DNA of 64,000 bases from contig JAHRHZ010000139.1 in the NCBI GenBank assembly GCA_024137785.1, positions 39,743,411-39,807,410 on the forward strand, written 5' to 3'. The position numbers were made by a program, and so were the translations under genes. The notes under the pieces are model-generated. The model was given only the letters and a program-made list of their open reading frames with translations, did no database searches and had not been told where the DNA came from. Origin of the DNA: Ginglymostoma cirratum (taxonomy: Eukaryota). Positions 1 to 12,239 of this stretch are shown here, one piece after another (position 1 is the first letter of the stretch; each line of letters starts with the position of its first letter).

Positions 1-1145
1 ATCAATGTAACGGAGGAAGAGGTGGGGTTTAGGGCCAGTGTAGGTACGGAAGAGGGATTGTTCCACATAACCTACAAAGAGGCAGGCATAGCTTGGACCC
101 ATGCGGGTACCCATGGCCACACCCTTTGTTTGTAGGAAGTGGGAGGAATTGAAAGAAAAGTTGTTGAGGGTGAGGACGAGTTCGGCTAGGCGGATGAGGG
201 TGTCGGTGGAGGGGGAGTGGTCCGTTCTGCGGGACAGGAAGAAGCGGAGGGCCTTTAGGCCATCAGCATGGGGAATACAGGTATATAGGGACTGGACGTC
301 CATAGTAAAAATGAGGTGTTGGGGACCTGGGAATTGGAAGTTCTGGAGGAGGTGGAGGGCGTGGGTGGTGTCACGGACGTAGGTAGGGAGTTCCTGGACC
401 AAGGGGGTGAAAATGGAGTCTAGGTAGGTGGAGATGAGTTCGGTGGGGCAGGAGCAGGCGGAGACAATGGGTCGACCAGGGCATTCAGGTTTGTGGATTT
501 TGGGGAGGAGATAGAAGCGGGCGGTGCGGGGTTGGGGAACGATGAGGTTGGAGGCGGTGGGTGGGAGGTCACCTGAGGTGATGAGGTTGTGGATGGTTTG
601 GGAGATGATGGTTTGGTGCTCGGGGGTGGGGTCATGATCCAGGGGGCGGTAGGAGGAGGTGTCAGAGAGTTGGCGCCTGGCCTCAGCATTGTAGAGGTCA
701 GTGCGCCATACTACGACTGCCCCTCCCTTGTCCGCGGGTTTTATGGTGAGGTTGGGATTGGAGCGGAGGGAGTGGAGGGCTGCACGTTCTGCGGTGGAGA
801 GGTTGGAATGTTTGAGAGGGGTGGAGAGGTTGAGACGATTGATGTCTCGACGGCAGTTGGAGATGAAGAGGTTGAGGGAGGGGAGGAGGCCTTGGGGTGG
901 TGTCCAGGAGGACGGCTTGTGTTGGAGGCGGGAGAAGGGGTCAGTAGAGGGAGGGTTAGATTCGCGGTTGGAGAAGTAAGCGTGGAGGCGGAGGCGGCGG
1001 AAAAACTGCTCAATATCCAAGCGTGAGCGGTATTCGTTGATGTGTGGGTGGAGGGGGACAAAGGTGAGCCCTTTCCTGAGGACTGACCGTTCGTCCTCAG
1101 TAAGGGGGAGGTCTGGGGGGATGGTGAACACTCGGCAGGGCTGCT
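1..1145 (-). mobile_element. Penelope-like element (family A) reverse transcriptase, 5'-truncated, runs off the window edge
   Basis: One reading frame from 1140 to 1 gives PCRVFTIPPDLPL..., IKPADKGGAVVV, FYLLPKIHK..GRPIVS, TMDVQSLYT, GVAMGTRMGPSYACLF and ends FLRYID at base 1. These are PLE RT motifs. Confidence 0.93.
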
Positions 1146-1440
1146 AACATCATCCCGCCCCCTTGACCTGTCCGTCCTCCCTGGACTGACCTATCTCCTC
1201 CCTACCCCCCTACCTACACTCACCTTTACTGGCTCCATCCCCGCCTCTTCGACCTGTCTGCCTCCTCTCCACCTATCCTCTCCTCTATCCATCCTCTATC
1301 CGCCTCCTCCTCTCTCCCTATTTATTTCAGAACCCTCTTCCCCTCCCCCATTTCTGATGAAGGGTTTAGGCCCGAAACGTCAAGTTTTCCTGCTCCTATG
1401 ATGCTGCTTGACCTGCTGTGTTCATCCAGCCCCATGCTTG
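1146..1440 (+). mobile_element. Inverted PLE family A 3' terminal segment (pseudo-LTR) joined to the truncated 5' end of the RT copy
   Basis: C/T-rich tract, then a hammerhead core and the tail gatgctgcttgacctgctgtgttcatccagc shared with 20472, 25643 and 39029. Orientation is opposite to the adjacent RT. Confidence 0.8.
1354..1381 (+). ncRNA. Minimal type I hammerhead ribozyme core (PLE family A)
   Basis: CTGATGA-A-GGG tttagg CCC-GAAAC-GTC: catalytic core, stem II, self-complementary ACGT stem III and GUC cleavage triplet. Confidence 0.8.
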
Positions 1441-1964
1441 AAGTCTCAGAAAATGTTATTTTCTCAAAATTGTTGTTTCTTTTTGCATGGACGCTGCCTT
1501 CTATGAAAGATTACCCTAATAACTCAATTTTACGAGAGAATAGAGCTGTTGCCTGTCAACATGTATGTTTAATTATCTATGATTCATGCCTCCAAACAAG
1601 TGTTCAAGTGGAATTCTTATATTATTTGTCCTTCCCTCAGCTAGAGATATTGACTGTCATTTTGTAACTTAGAAAGGGAAACCAGTGTCCCATTTTCAAT
1701 TCAGTCTAAGTGCTTGAAGTACAGAAAGAAGTTTACCTGTTGACACACACTCAATGGCACACTTCCTATAAAATCTTCAAATTTAAGAATGAAATACAAA
1801 ACAAGTTGTGAAAACAAAAGGTCTAGTCAACATAGGGCTCCAAACCGTATCATGCAGGAATGTCATTTTGAGTCAACTGACTCAGAAGGCTTTTAGAATT
1901 AGAATCCAGCTTCAGTCCTTCCAAATATTCTTTTTAAAATGCAAATTACTTTGTAGGAAGGGTC

Positions 1965-2250
1965 ATTATTTCAGGTGAAATATTGAACTGAGGCCCATTC
2001 TGCCTGTTCAGTGGATATGAAAACTCCCATTTGTGCCAATAATTAAAGAAATGTAAAGTTTTTTTCTGGTGCGCTGGTCAATGTTTATTCATCAATTGAC
2101 AGCTAGAAACAAATGATCTTGTCATTCAGTTCACTACTGTTTGAGACAATTTGCTGTGTGCAACTCTCAGGTGTATTTGCCTACAAAACAGTGATAACAC
2201 TGAAGTGCTGTGAAAGCCAATGCATAAATGCATTTTATTTTCCTTCTTTC
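1965..2250 (+). mobile_element. Decayed Deu-domain SINE (SacSINE1/AmnSINE1-like)
   Basis: Resembles the Deu core and L2-type tail (tttgctgtgtgcaa...gctgtgaaagcc..ataaatgca); similar to 41355-41690. Confidence 0.6.
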
Positions 2251-2804
2251 TAATGCCTTTGCCTCTCAATTGTATTTCCATAGTTACCATCTTCTGAATA
2301 TTTTCCTGGCACTGTCTTTCAGAGTCCCAATAGGAGGTTTGACATACCAAGCCATTAATTTCATGTAATTTCGGACTTGATGATTAGCAAGAACAAAACA
2401 GAGAAACAGAATGGGATTTCCTAAGACTGTGCACTTTCAATGTTTGGTTGTGTAGTCTGAGTAGAATTATCAATTATCTTGTTACATCATTTTTTGTATA
2501 AATAAACCTCCATAGCAACATAAAAATCACAGTACTGAATAGTGAAATCCTATGGCTAACACCAGACAAGAAGAGATATCACACTTAACTAAACAACTGG
2601 AATCAACAAGAAACTGAGGGGTTTAGGTTTACACTCGACTTGGTCCTACTCCCCAGTGAAATCGACAGAGAGTAATTAAGGAGAAAAAACAGCATTCCAC
2701 CTGATTCTGTAGGTCCCCTGCTAGGATTAGGGATAAATGACTGGCAATAGTTCTTAAAACGTAAACAAAATTTACTTAAATAGTTTTCTTCACTCATGTT
2801 GCAG

Positions 2805-2891
2805 ACTGAGGAGGCTGATGCACTGGCAGCTAGATATTTCAGGAACCATGTTTTTGCGTGCACCTCTTGCAGAAAATTTCCTATCTTTTAA
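2805..2891 (+). CDS. Candidate terminal coding exon of an unidentified plus-strand gene (TEEADALAARYFRNHVFACTSCRKFPIF*)
   Basis: Pyrimidine-rich acceptor ttttcttcactcatgttgcag| at 2804, a 28-codon protein-like frame with CxxC ending in TAA at 2889-2891, and ATTAAA at 3042-3047. No upstream exon or homologue recognised. Confidence 0.3.
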   Translation, partial: TEEADALAARYFRNHVFACTSCRKFPIF

Positions 2892-3234
2892 TATTTCACT
2901 GACTGTCAAAATGAAATGATGAGAGAATTGTAGGCGCTGTGTCCCATTTCTCAACTGTGGTGTCTGCCGTAAGAAAAATCCGCCTTTATAATGTACGTGT
3001 CAAGAGAAAAGTATGATGTTAAGATCATCTGCTTTACAATAATTAAACCATTTATTTTGCATTTGACTGGCTCTAACAGTAGAAGCTATTGTGTTGTGTG
3101 CTGACAATATCTGCATAATGTTCCTGCTTCATGCCAGAGCTAAGAGACCTAGGGGCACATGCACAAATTGTTGAAAGGCAGGGCAGGGAAGTAGTTAATA
3201 GGTTATCTCAAATCTTGGGCTTTATAAATAGTGG

Positions 3235-3792
3235 CATAGGATATGAAAGCAAGGAGTTTATGTGAATCCCTATAAAACAGTGGAGTGTTATATCTGATGA
3301 TGGGCACCATGGTCAAGGAAGGATGGGATAGCATTTGACAAGGTATAGAAAAGTTACAAGAATTGCCCAGGGATGAAACTACAAGCATCCACGAAAGCAG
3401 TTGGGCAACCTTTCTGAGTGGACTAAAGGTTGAGAAGAGATTTGATAGAGTGTTCAGAATCATGAAAGATCTGGGTAGAGTAGATGACAAAAAGCCATTG
3501 GCAAATAGATTGAGAATCAGATTTAAGATGGATGACTTTAGTACCAACAGTAAGGTGGGGGAAATGTCTTTTTACGCAGCAGTAACTAGGATGTGGAATG
3601 CACTGAGACTGTGGTCAAGAGAGCTCTAAGTGAGGCTTTCAAACAGAATTGGATAATTGTTTCAAAGGGAAGATATGCAGGGCCGTGGGAAGTGGAAGCA
3701 GTGGAACTAATGCAGCTTCTCTTGAAGAGAGCTGACATGGACTTGACAGGCTGAATAGTATTCTCCTGAGCTGTAATCATTCTATAATTCTA
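3235..3792 (+). mobile_element. Old CR1 LINE 3' fragment
   Basis: Degenerate ORF2 C-terminus (FDRVFRIMKDLGRVD..., FYAAVTRMWNAL) and CR1-type 3' UTR. Confidence 0.75.
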
Positions 3793-3802
3793 CGACTTCA
3801 AA

Positions 3803-4570
3803 GAAACAAAGAACAAAGAAAACTTACAGCCCAGGAACAGGCCCTTCGGCCCTCCAAGCCTGTGCCGATCCAAATCCACTGTCTAAACCTATCGCCCAAT
3901 TCCTAAGGATCTGTATCCCTCTGCTCCCCACCTACTCATGCATCTGTCCAGACGCACCTTAAATGAATCTATCGTGCCTGCCTCTACTACCTCTGCTAGC
4001 AACGCGTTCCAGGCACCTACCACCCTCTGTGTAAAGTACTTTCCCCGTGTATCCCCCTTAAACTTTTCTCCTCTCACCTTGAATGCGTGACCCCTCGTTA
4101 TTGAATCCCTCACCCTGGGAAAAAGCTTATCTCTATCAACCCTGTCTATACCCTTCATGATTTTGAAGACCTCAATCAGGTCCCCCCTCAATCTCCTTTT
4201 TTCTAATGAAAACAATCCTAACCTACTCAACCTCTCTTCATAGCTAGCACCTTCCATATCAGGCAACATCCTCGTAAACCTTCTCTGTACCCTCTCCAAA
4301 GCTTCCACATCCTTTTGGTAATGTGGTGACCAGAACTGTACACAGTATTCTAAATGCGGCCGAACCAAAGTCTTGTACAATTTTAACATGACCTGCCAGC
4401 TCTTATACTCAATACCTCGTCCGATGAAGGCAAGCATACCATATGCCTTCTTGACCACTCTATCCACCTGTGCAGCCACCTTCAGGGTACAATGGACCTG
4501 AACTCCCAGATCTCTCTGCTCATCAACTTTTCCCAAGGCTCTTCCGTTTACAGTATAGTTTGCTCTAGAA
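3803..4570 (-). mobile_element. Young 5'-truncated CR1 LINE
   Basis: Open ORF2 C-terminus 3889-4575 (LVRPHLEYCVQFWSPHY, LRGDLIEVFKIMKG, FTQRVVGAWNAL), (TTCTTTG)n tail, and TTCAAA repeated at 3797 and 4571. Confidence 0.95.
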
Positions 4571-5182
4571 TTCAAAAGTTATAACCGACCCAACTACATA
4601 AACTTGCTTTAAACTGTTACACAAGCTACAGCTGTAAGATACTTTTCCTAAATGAGAACAAAACACATTTATTGAACATGAAGCTCCAAATCAGTAGAAA
4701 ATGAAAATCTGTGATAATGAATGGAATGAACAGAAGCTTTTCTATTATCCTTTATCATCATTGATGGATCTACAAAATATCAATTAGTTTTCATTTTTGA
4801 ATAGAGTTTTAGCATCCCAAGTTAAAGCAATTGTCTTTGCACAGTAATGATAACATATAAATAAATCCATTCAGTTTTCATAACTTAATCTGAATTACCT
4901 TTAGTGTGTGCGTGTGAAAAATTGATAAGGATGCTGTATGAAGCGATATGCTCACAGCTCTACACATATTTTGTGAATATATAAAACCACAAGTCTTTTT
5001 TTCAAAAGGAATCACTTGCAAGCACAAAATTAAGCCCCACAAAATGTTGAGACACTTCGTGAAAAAGATCTACGCTGTGCCTGCAGTTTTGATGAGTTAT
5101 GCAGTGTTGACTTTAAGGTAAGAAATGATTAAGCCTCTACCTCAGTGTTTTGCTGCTCTTATTCACAAATAAAGCAGGAGTC

Positions 5183-5605
5183 ATAGAACGGTTTCATCAC
5201 AGAAGGTGGCCATTGAGGCCCTCTGCTAGAGCAATTCAGCTAGTTTCACTCCAAGCCTTTTCCTCTTAATGTGCAGCTTTTGCCCCTTCAGATAATTATC
5301 CAACCTCTGTTTTGAAAACCAGAGAAAAAGTTGCCTCCACCACCCTCACGGACAGTGCATTTCATATTGTAGCTAATTGTAGCATAAAAGAGGTTTTCCT
5401 TATGTTGCCCTTGGGTCTTTTGCCATTTCCCCTCAGTATCCTGGCTCTTGGCCCTTGGCCAACTGTTCCTCTCTGCCGACGCAGTCCAGAGCCCTCATGG
5501 TTTTCAACCTTTCTATTAGATTTCTTCTCAACTTTCCCTTCTCCAAGAAGGAAAGCACCAGATTTTCCAATCTATCCCAGTAGCTCAGATCCCTGGAAAC
5601 ATTGC
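5183..5605 (-). mobile_element. Decayed CR1 3' fragment
   Basis: Reverse-complement CR1 tail and degenerate ORF2 end. Confidence 0.65.
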
Positions 5606-5799
5606 ATTTTCTTTATGACAGCTAAACTAGCCACATTTTTAATAAACTAAAAATTATAGCAGAATCCACCTGAGTTCGAATTCAGGGTATGTTTGTCATT
5701 ATGACAGAAATATGGTGATAACAACAGCAAGAAACACTTCCCATAGCACTTCATAGAAGCGTAAGCAAAAAAATAAATCAATGTCAAGCCAAACATACT

Positions 5800-6900
5800 G
5801 TTGTTATGACAGTGCTGGAGGAGCGCACCAACTCCATTCTCTCACTGTCGTAACAAATTTCACATATAACCAGGTTGGTTATAGCCCAAAATCATAGGTC
5901 TCAGACTGTGTCTGATTCAGTTTTGTAACAATTCAAAAACATAAATTGCTGGCGAAATTCAGCCGGTCTGGCAACATCTGTGGGATGAAATCAAAGTTAA
6001 TGTTTCAAGTCCAGTGACTCTTCATCAGAACATAGAATTATATCATTGCGATCAATTCAGCCAGGTTTCTTTCACCCATGGAAAATAATGAGTCTATTAC
6101 ATAGAAAACTTACCTAAGAAAACATGCAAAGATTATTGACAAAATAGGTTTATACGGTGCCAATATTGATATGATTTATATTCTAACATCACAAAATTAA
6201 CATGATGCAAATTAGCGGAGCAGATAGGTGATGGTCAAGCACTTACAGATCACATCAAATTGCAATCCAACCAAACAGCTCCCATGGATTTCTCAGCACT
6301 CTCCTGCCCCTCAGATGTTTGTGATACTGGGGGTCGCCAAATCTCACAACCTCATTAAAACTTCACAAGGGATTACAATTCTTTACCTTTGACAACCTAG
6401 TCCTGAAATTCTCAGTAAAGCCATTCCATCATGGACTGCTTATGCAATTGCTCACGTTCTGGTGGTCAGCGCTCCTTTTCTAGAACTATGCTTATCTGGC
6501 TTCTTGGAAACTGAACTCCAGCACGTATTTATAATCAGACCTCCAGCTACGCACAAATAGCAGGTTTCTCCAAGCTAATACTGCCCTGAATTAGTTTCTT
6601 AAACTGTAGTCAGGCTCAATTGTACAAAGCAAATCCAGCTTCTGGGTTTTCAACCCTTACTCCCTGTTGTACTGAGCTATTATCTATGCATTGGCTTCTT
6701 TCTAGTCCTTAAGAGGGCCAGGAGTTCACTGACCCTTCACTACGGAACTTGTGCAGTTGTTCAGTTGACTTTAGCTGCACAGCTAACAGCAGCCCTGCCT
6801 GACATGGAGTAGACTTTTCTCTCCCCCACGCACTATCTTTCAATCTCACCACTTGTCACCTTTGAACTCCTCTTCCATGACACCACCCCCCCACCAACCT
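5800..6900. mobile_element. Possible LTR-like repeat interrupted by a PLE mini-element
   Basis: Begins tgttatga and has LTR-like composition; right boundary not defined. Confidence 0.25.
5933..6031 (-). mobile_element. PLE family B-like mini-element with hammerhead core (5999-6028)
   Basis: Minus strand reads gttCTGATGAagagtcactggacttGAAACattaac...cagatgttgccagaccggctga, homologous to 28089 and 32158. Confidence 0.75.
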
Positions 6901-8729
6901 GTTCTAAGTGACCCATTTAGAAACCTTGTAACATCAGCTTTGCTGGACAGAATTGAAGATAATGAATACTTTAGAATAGCTGAATGTATCAAACCCTTCG
7001 AATTCTCTGTTCCTTGAAAGATATCATTTTAACAGAATTCTGGCTTACAGCACAACTTGCATACAACAGAAAATTAGGAATTGATCAAACTGTGATAAAA
7101 GATATAGATGTTAAGGAGAATCTTACAAGAGCACAGAGAGATGTATGGACACAATGTTTTCAGCAGGAATTTTCCAACATGGGCTGAAACCAGGGCCATT
7201 TACAAGAATGGCCATTTACAGGATCGCAAACACATAGGTCAGGGTCAGAGCCCAAACAGTTTGGCTTGGTGTGATATCACTGGAGAAAATTAACAAGCTG
7301 GGAGTGGAAATGCCATGGAGAGTACCGAAATTTGAGGTGCTTATGGATCTAACATGGCTCATCAAGAGTAATAGTCATATTAGATTGGGTGTAGACAGGG
7401 TATGAGATAACCAAATTTCAGAAGATCTGAAAATTACAGGGTGTGGAAGATGGAAGGTGAGCCAGGAGCAGCGTTGGTACAATTCAGTATGGAGATGATG
7501 AAGCAATGGACAATGGACAAGGATTTTGTTGACAGATTGGCTGAGATAGGAGGAAGGCTCATAATACAGAAGAAAGAGTAAGTGTTTCTTTTGTGACAAA
7601 GAGGAGATAAGGTCAGAATCTCACCTCTGTGGATGAATAGGAGACTGGGATTGTCATCAGTCTGGTTCACCCTGAGATGGTGACTGGGGGTAGTGAGTGT
7701 CAGTTGTGTGGGGAGGGGGTGGTAGGGGTGAAAGCAGCTGAAGAAATTGGCGTTGCTTTCTTTGTGGGTTAACTCGAGGAAACGGTAGTTCATTTAAAAC
7801 CAGGCAACAATCTGATGACAAAGAGGCAGAGATCAAGTGGGAGATGGCAGAGGTGTCATCAATCCAGGCGTGGAATCCTGAACTTTGACCTTTAGATGTT
7901 GCCAAGTGCCAGCATGTGGATGATGAGGAGGAGGGGCCACTCCTGGATATTTGGTATGTTCCAGAGGTAACAACTTGGAGTGTGAAAGCACATTGTTGGT
8001 CGAGACGCTCAGGCCCTGATCAGAAGGTGATGCCATGAAGCTGCAGACAGACAGCAGGCTGTGGAGGGTGATACTGCTTGATTGAGCAATTGCAAAAGCA
8101 GCCTTGTTTTTATGTCTTGTGTAATGTTGCTGAATAATAATTACCATTTAACAATTTATATTCACCAGACTGAAAATAAACTAATTGCTTTTCTGCTATT
8201 TCATTTGCTAAATGTTTTAATTTATTACGCAAATTAATATGACTGTAATTGAATTCTTTGTTCTCTTGAAAGAAATTATAGCCAAAAATGTAATTGGAAA
8301 GGGGTTTAGAAATTAATGATAAGATAATTAAAAGGTTGGGTAATACATCTATTGATAGATACCACCAGTCTGACAGATTAAAGACAATTGCGAGACGTAA
8401 GGTTCCGTTATTTAAGGTAACTACTTGCAGACTTGATGGACCAACTAGTCTCTTTCTGCCTGTCATTCTCATATGTTTGTGTTTTCTGAGTGTATTTTTT
8501 CAGTAAATGTCCTCTGGCTATTCAACCCTAGTCCTGTCCTCATCCAGCAATTGCATGCCACAGAACTGGGAGTGAGAGATCAGACTGTTACTTTCCTTCT
8601 TAACTCTGAATCCAGCACCCTGACATGATACTTCAGCAGACTTTGGGCAACTCAGCACTTACAACAGATCACTCCCGTTACAGTCATGGAGGTTTGGCTC
8701 ATAGCATTAGGCTGTTTGCTGGCTAAGTG

Positions 8730-11390
8730 TGCAGGGGAGAAAATCTGATAATCCCAGAAACTGGGTGTGGGAACTGGTTAACCTACACAGGCAGATTGAA
8801 ACAATTGGAATCCTGGCAGCGCATTCAGCTCGTGCTAAGCTCTTCAAAGTCTTCAGGTTTCAGCAAAGGGATCAAAATCAGAAATTCCTAGTGCCACCAA
8901 AAGCTTGTCTGCACCTCTCCAAAAGGAAGTTGCATTGTTACTAAGACCGTGGCAGTCTTGTAGGAAATGAATCTGAACTGGAAACCATGGAAGCATAACA
9001 TCATATGGGGGCAGCTAGGTTCCTATAGCTTTGGAAATTGTACAAGAGAAGGAATTGGCATCCTGAATCTATTGGGTTGGGTGCGGGGTTTGCAGGAGAC
9101 CCTCTAGCCATACAATGAGAAGGCAGGAGAAGCGGATAGCTGCGGAGCTCAGTGTCAGAAGTCAAGAGGACCTGAGCACATTGCATGAAGAAGTTCAATA
9201 CCTCACAGAATTGATCTTCAAATCCCATATCTTGACTAACTAGTCTCATTCACTACTCCATTCTCCAAACCCCATCACTGACCTCACACCTACATCTCAA
9301 AGCTTATGCCCATTGCCAGCTATTCAACCAAGATAATCACATCCAAGAAACATTTTGCTCTAATTTACCTGACACACCTCCTGCTCTCTCGCAGGATAAG
9401 ATTTTGCACAAGTAGAGGCAGCTGCATCTGTCTAGTGACAGAAACTGACCTGAGGAATTTGGTGCATCTGCATATCCCAACCAACATGTAGGACGCCATC
9501 ACTAGAATGGGTATTGCTGAGGGTATGCAAATAGCAGCACTGGAACCATTGAAAATGCCAATATCTTCATGTCTAATCCTACTTCTCACATCTCACTTCC
9601 CCTTCATTCCCCATTGTCTCCTGGTTTACAAGTGGAAATATTGGTGTAAATATGTCCCTCCTGCTTTCTCCTTCCCTCATCACAACATTACCTCTGAGCC
9701 TTTTCCCTTTTAGATACCCCATGAAGGGTAATATGGACAGGCAGTCTTGAAAATCTGACTGGACAGTGAGGACGAAGACGCAATACTGGTACATGATTCG
9801 GAATCACCAATGCAGTTACAGATGGCGCACATAGCTTAGAGAGTGACTTATTGGTGGGATCTTCATATGGCAAGCCACTGGATGTGGGTATCCAATAGCT
9901 GGGGGAGCAAACAATACCAGCACTGGTCTCAGCTCCTCGACAGGTGAGTTTTTACTGCAGATATCACAGATGAGGACTGTGTTAGAATTGGTTACATAAA
10001 TAGAGAGATGGGTACGCACTATGACATTGCTGGGAAGCCTTTGGTCAAAGGGTGGAGGATGCCGTCACCACGGTTGCCACAGGGCTTTACATAGATCTGG
10101 AAGCCCATCGTTTTGAATATAGAACTAGCATATTTATGGATCTAATCATAATGGCCAATGTCCCAACTTTCATTGCAGCACAAGCAACATCTCAACGTAG
10201 AACATAGAAAAGCACAGCACAGGAACAGGCCCTTCAGCACACCGTGTCTATGCCGACCATGATGCCATTCTAAACTAATCATATCTGCCTACTCCACAAG
10301 CTATCCGGTATTTGCCCCTGCAGTAGAAACTCAGACTGCCACCATCATGGCTCTGGTTTATAAGTTCAAGGGGCCTACAGGCTCTCAAAGCAGAGTAGCA
10401 TTCTGTCCTCCAGTTACCGGGACTGAGGAGGTGCCACCCTGAGGCAATGGCTTTAAGGAATATGAATCAGCTGTCCTGACTCAGTGACTCCAATAGGCTT
10501 CCAAACCCTGCCACTTTGCCACGTGCATGCTGCTACCTATGCTGAGATGGTACGGCCTGCAGCTTTCCATGGCCCGGTGCTGCGTAAAATCATGCTCCAA
10601 GACCATCTACAGTTTCCTCCACTGCAAGCTGGCATCCTTCCACCAGCCAGTGGGGGCACCACTCTGCAGGAACATTAGCATAGGCAGCACAAAAGGGCAC
10701 CAATGGGAAATGCGAAGAGTAGTCTGTGGTGATATGCAATGTGGAATGATTTAATTTATCACATTAAATTTGAATGTTTGTTTAGTAGTTTGCTTTTGTT
10801 TTATTCATTGTTAGCAAAATGTGCTTGTCCATGGCCGAGGGAAGGAAGCTGGTGGGCTGTCGTTTAATGTGGAATCAGGGTTGCAGCTATTGGTATCATA
10901 ATCAAATTAGGTCTTCATAGACAGCAAGTGCAGAAAGAAAGGTAACGTTCTTACTTGCTCCTCTTCCTTTTTGTCTCCTCCTCCTCCTCATGCTCCTTCC
11001 CTTCCTTATGCTTCTCCTCTTCAGCTGCTTCCCAGCTGTATCTTTAAGATTATGTAGATTGTCATATGCCACTATGCTGTTCTGCAAAGTGCTATAGATC
11101 TCTTCCTGAGGATTCCAGTATTTGCATAGGTTGGTTCAGGTTTAGTGGAATCCCTTTCAGATATAATTTGGGGGCAGAGTTGACATGTGGTGCCAATAGC
11201 CTGATGCCCGTGTGGTCAGTGGCACCCAATGTCATGGGAATGCCTGTAATCCTAAAGTAGCAGCATGCTTGTGTTGCCTGTGAACAGAGAATGAAAGGTA
11301 ATTAATTCTCATTTAAATTGAAAGTCTCAGTGAATTTCATTATGCAACAAACTGTAAGATGTTGCAAATGACTCCAGCCCCATGCTGGGG
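8730..11390. mobile_element. Decayed PIF/Harbinger transposon (Myb/SANT-like gene on +, transposase remnant on -)
   Basis: RT*AHCMKKFN at 9167 resembles the RTxxQCRKKFNDL motif; next exon ctctcgcag|DKILHK at 9395. Minus strand 11087-10902 reads IVAYDNLHNL...ALAVYEDLI, like the HARBI1 C-terminus. Confidence 0.65.
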
Positions 11391-11395
11391 GATAT

Positions 11396-12200
11396 TGTAA
11401 TGAAAGGTTTTTGATTTTAACGTTGATAGAGCTTAGACTTCAAACTGTTGGCATATAAGTTACTTTTGTGGATACTTGGATAAAAAAAACCAATCAAGTA
11501 GTCTTTTCAGAACCATTAGCTGATCCTGTATGTGTGAGAGAGCAGGAAAACTGTACAATATTGTTGGAAGATGGTTTGCATTGTGCTGGGTTTAAGACTG
11601 AGAGTGTAAGCACTGAACGCTATCAACTTGTTGCGATTAAGATAATTAAGTAACCTTAAGAAATCTGGAAATTGGAAGCTGTTGAGCAATTTTTGTAGGA
11701 GATCTAACTGATGTCAGAAAAGAAAGAAGTGTAGAACAATTCAGTGTATAAATTATCTTAGTGGAAAGCTAGTTTGAGTAGCTTTGGTTAGAATTTGGTT
11801 AGAATTCTGCAGATTATTGAACCCTTAGGACACCTAAGTTTTCAGTTTTGTAAGTGTTGATATAAGAGGACTTCACAGTTCACAGGAAAAGATTGGGAAG
11901 AATCAACTGGTCAAATTTAAAGATTTGAGATAGATGTGGAATTGCTCTGAATGTGATGCTGCAAAGTGATGGTGATGGGGAACAGATGAAAACTTTGCTT
12001 CACTGTCCATTTTAAGATCAATAAAATAGTTTAGTTTATTTTATCTTTTTGTGTTTCCTTGTGTGTAATAAATACATGTTTCATTGTTAAAGAAAATCTG
12101 CAGCCTTCTGTGCTCATGTTTCAGTGAGTGACCACCATGTTAAACAAAAACAATGTGATCTACGAAGCCAGGTCTCTTTCCAGGTTCTGTGCTCTAATTC
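11396..12200 (+). mobile_element. Probable solo LTR
   Basis: Starts TGTAA, with a TATA-like gatataag and AATAAA near 12019 and 12066. 3' end and TSD not resolved. Confidence 0.3.
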
Positions 12201-12239
12201 CTGGATCTCTTTTCTCCGAGGCATGGGTCATCCTTCCAA

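Noticed and set aside
101-1061. Track ORFs 101-382, 420-689, 589-1026, 701-979 and 741-1061
   Set aside because: Alternative or antisense frames of the PLE RT; the real frame is the minus-strand one running to base 1.
7220-8100. Possible old LINE fragment
   Set aside because: LINE-like composition but no motif I could read with confidence.
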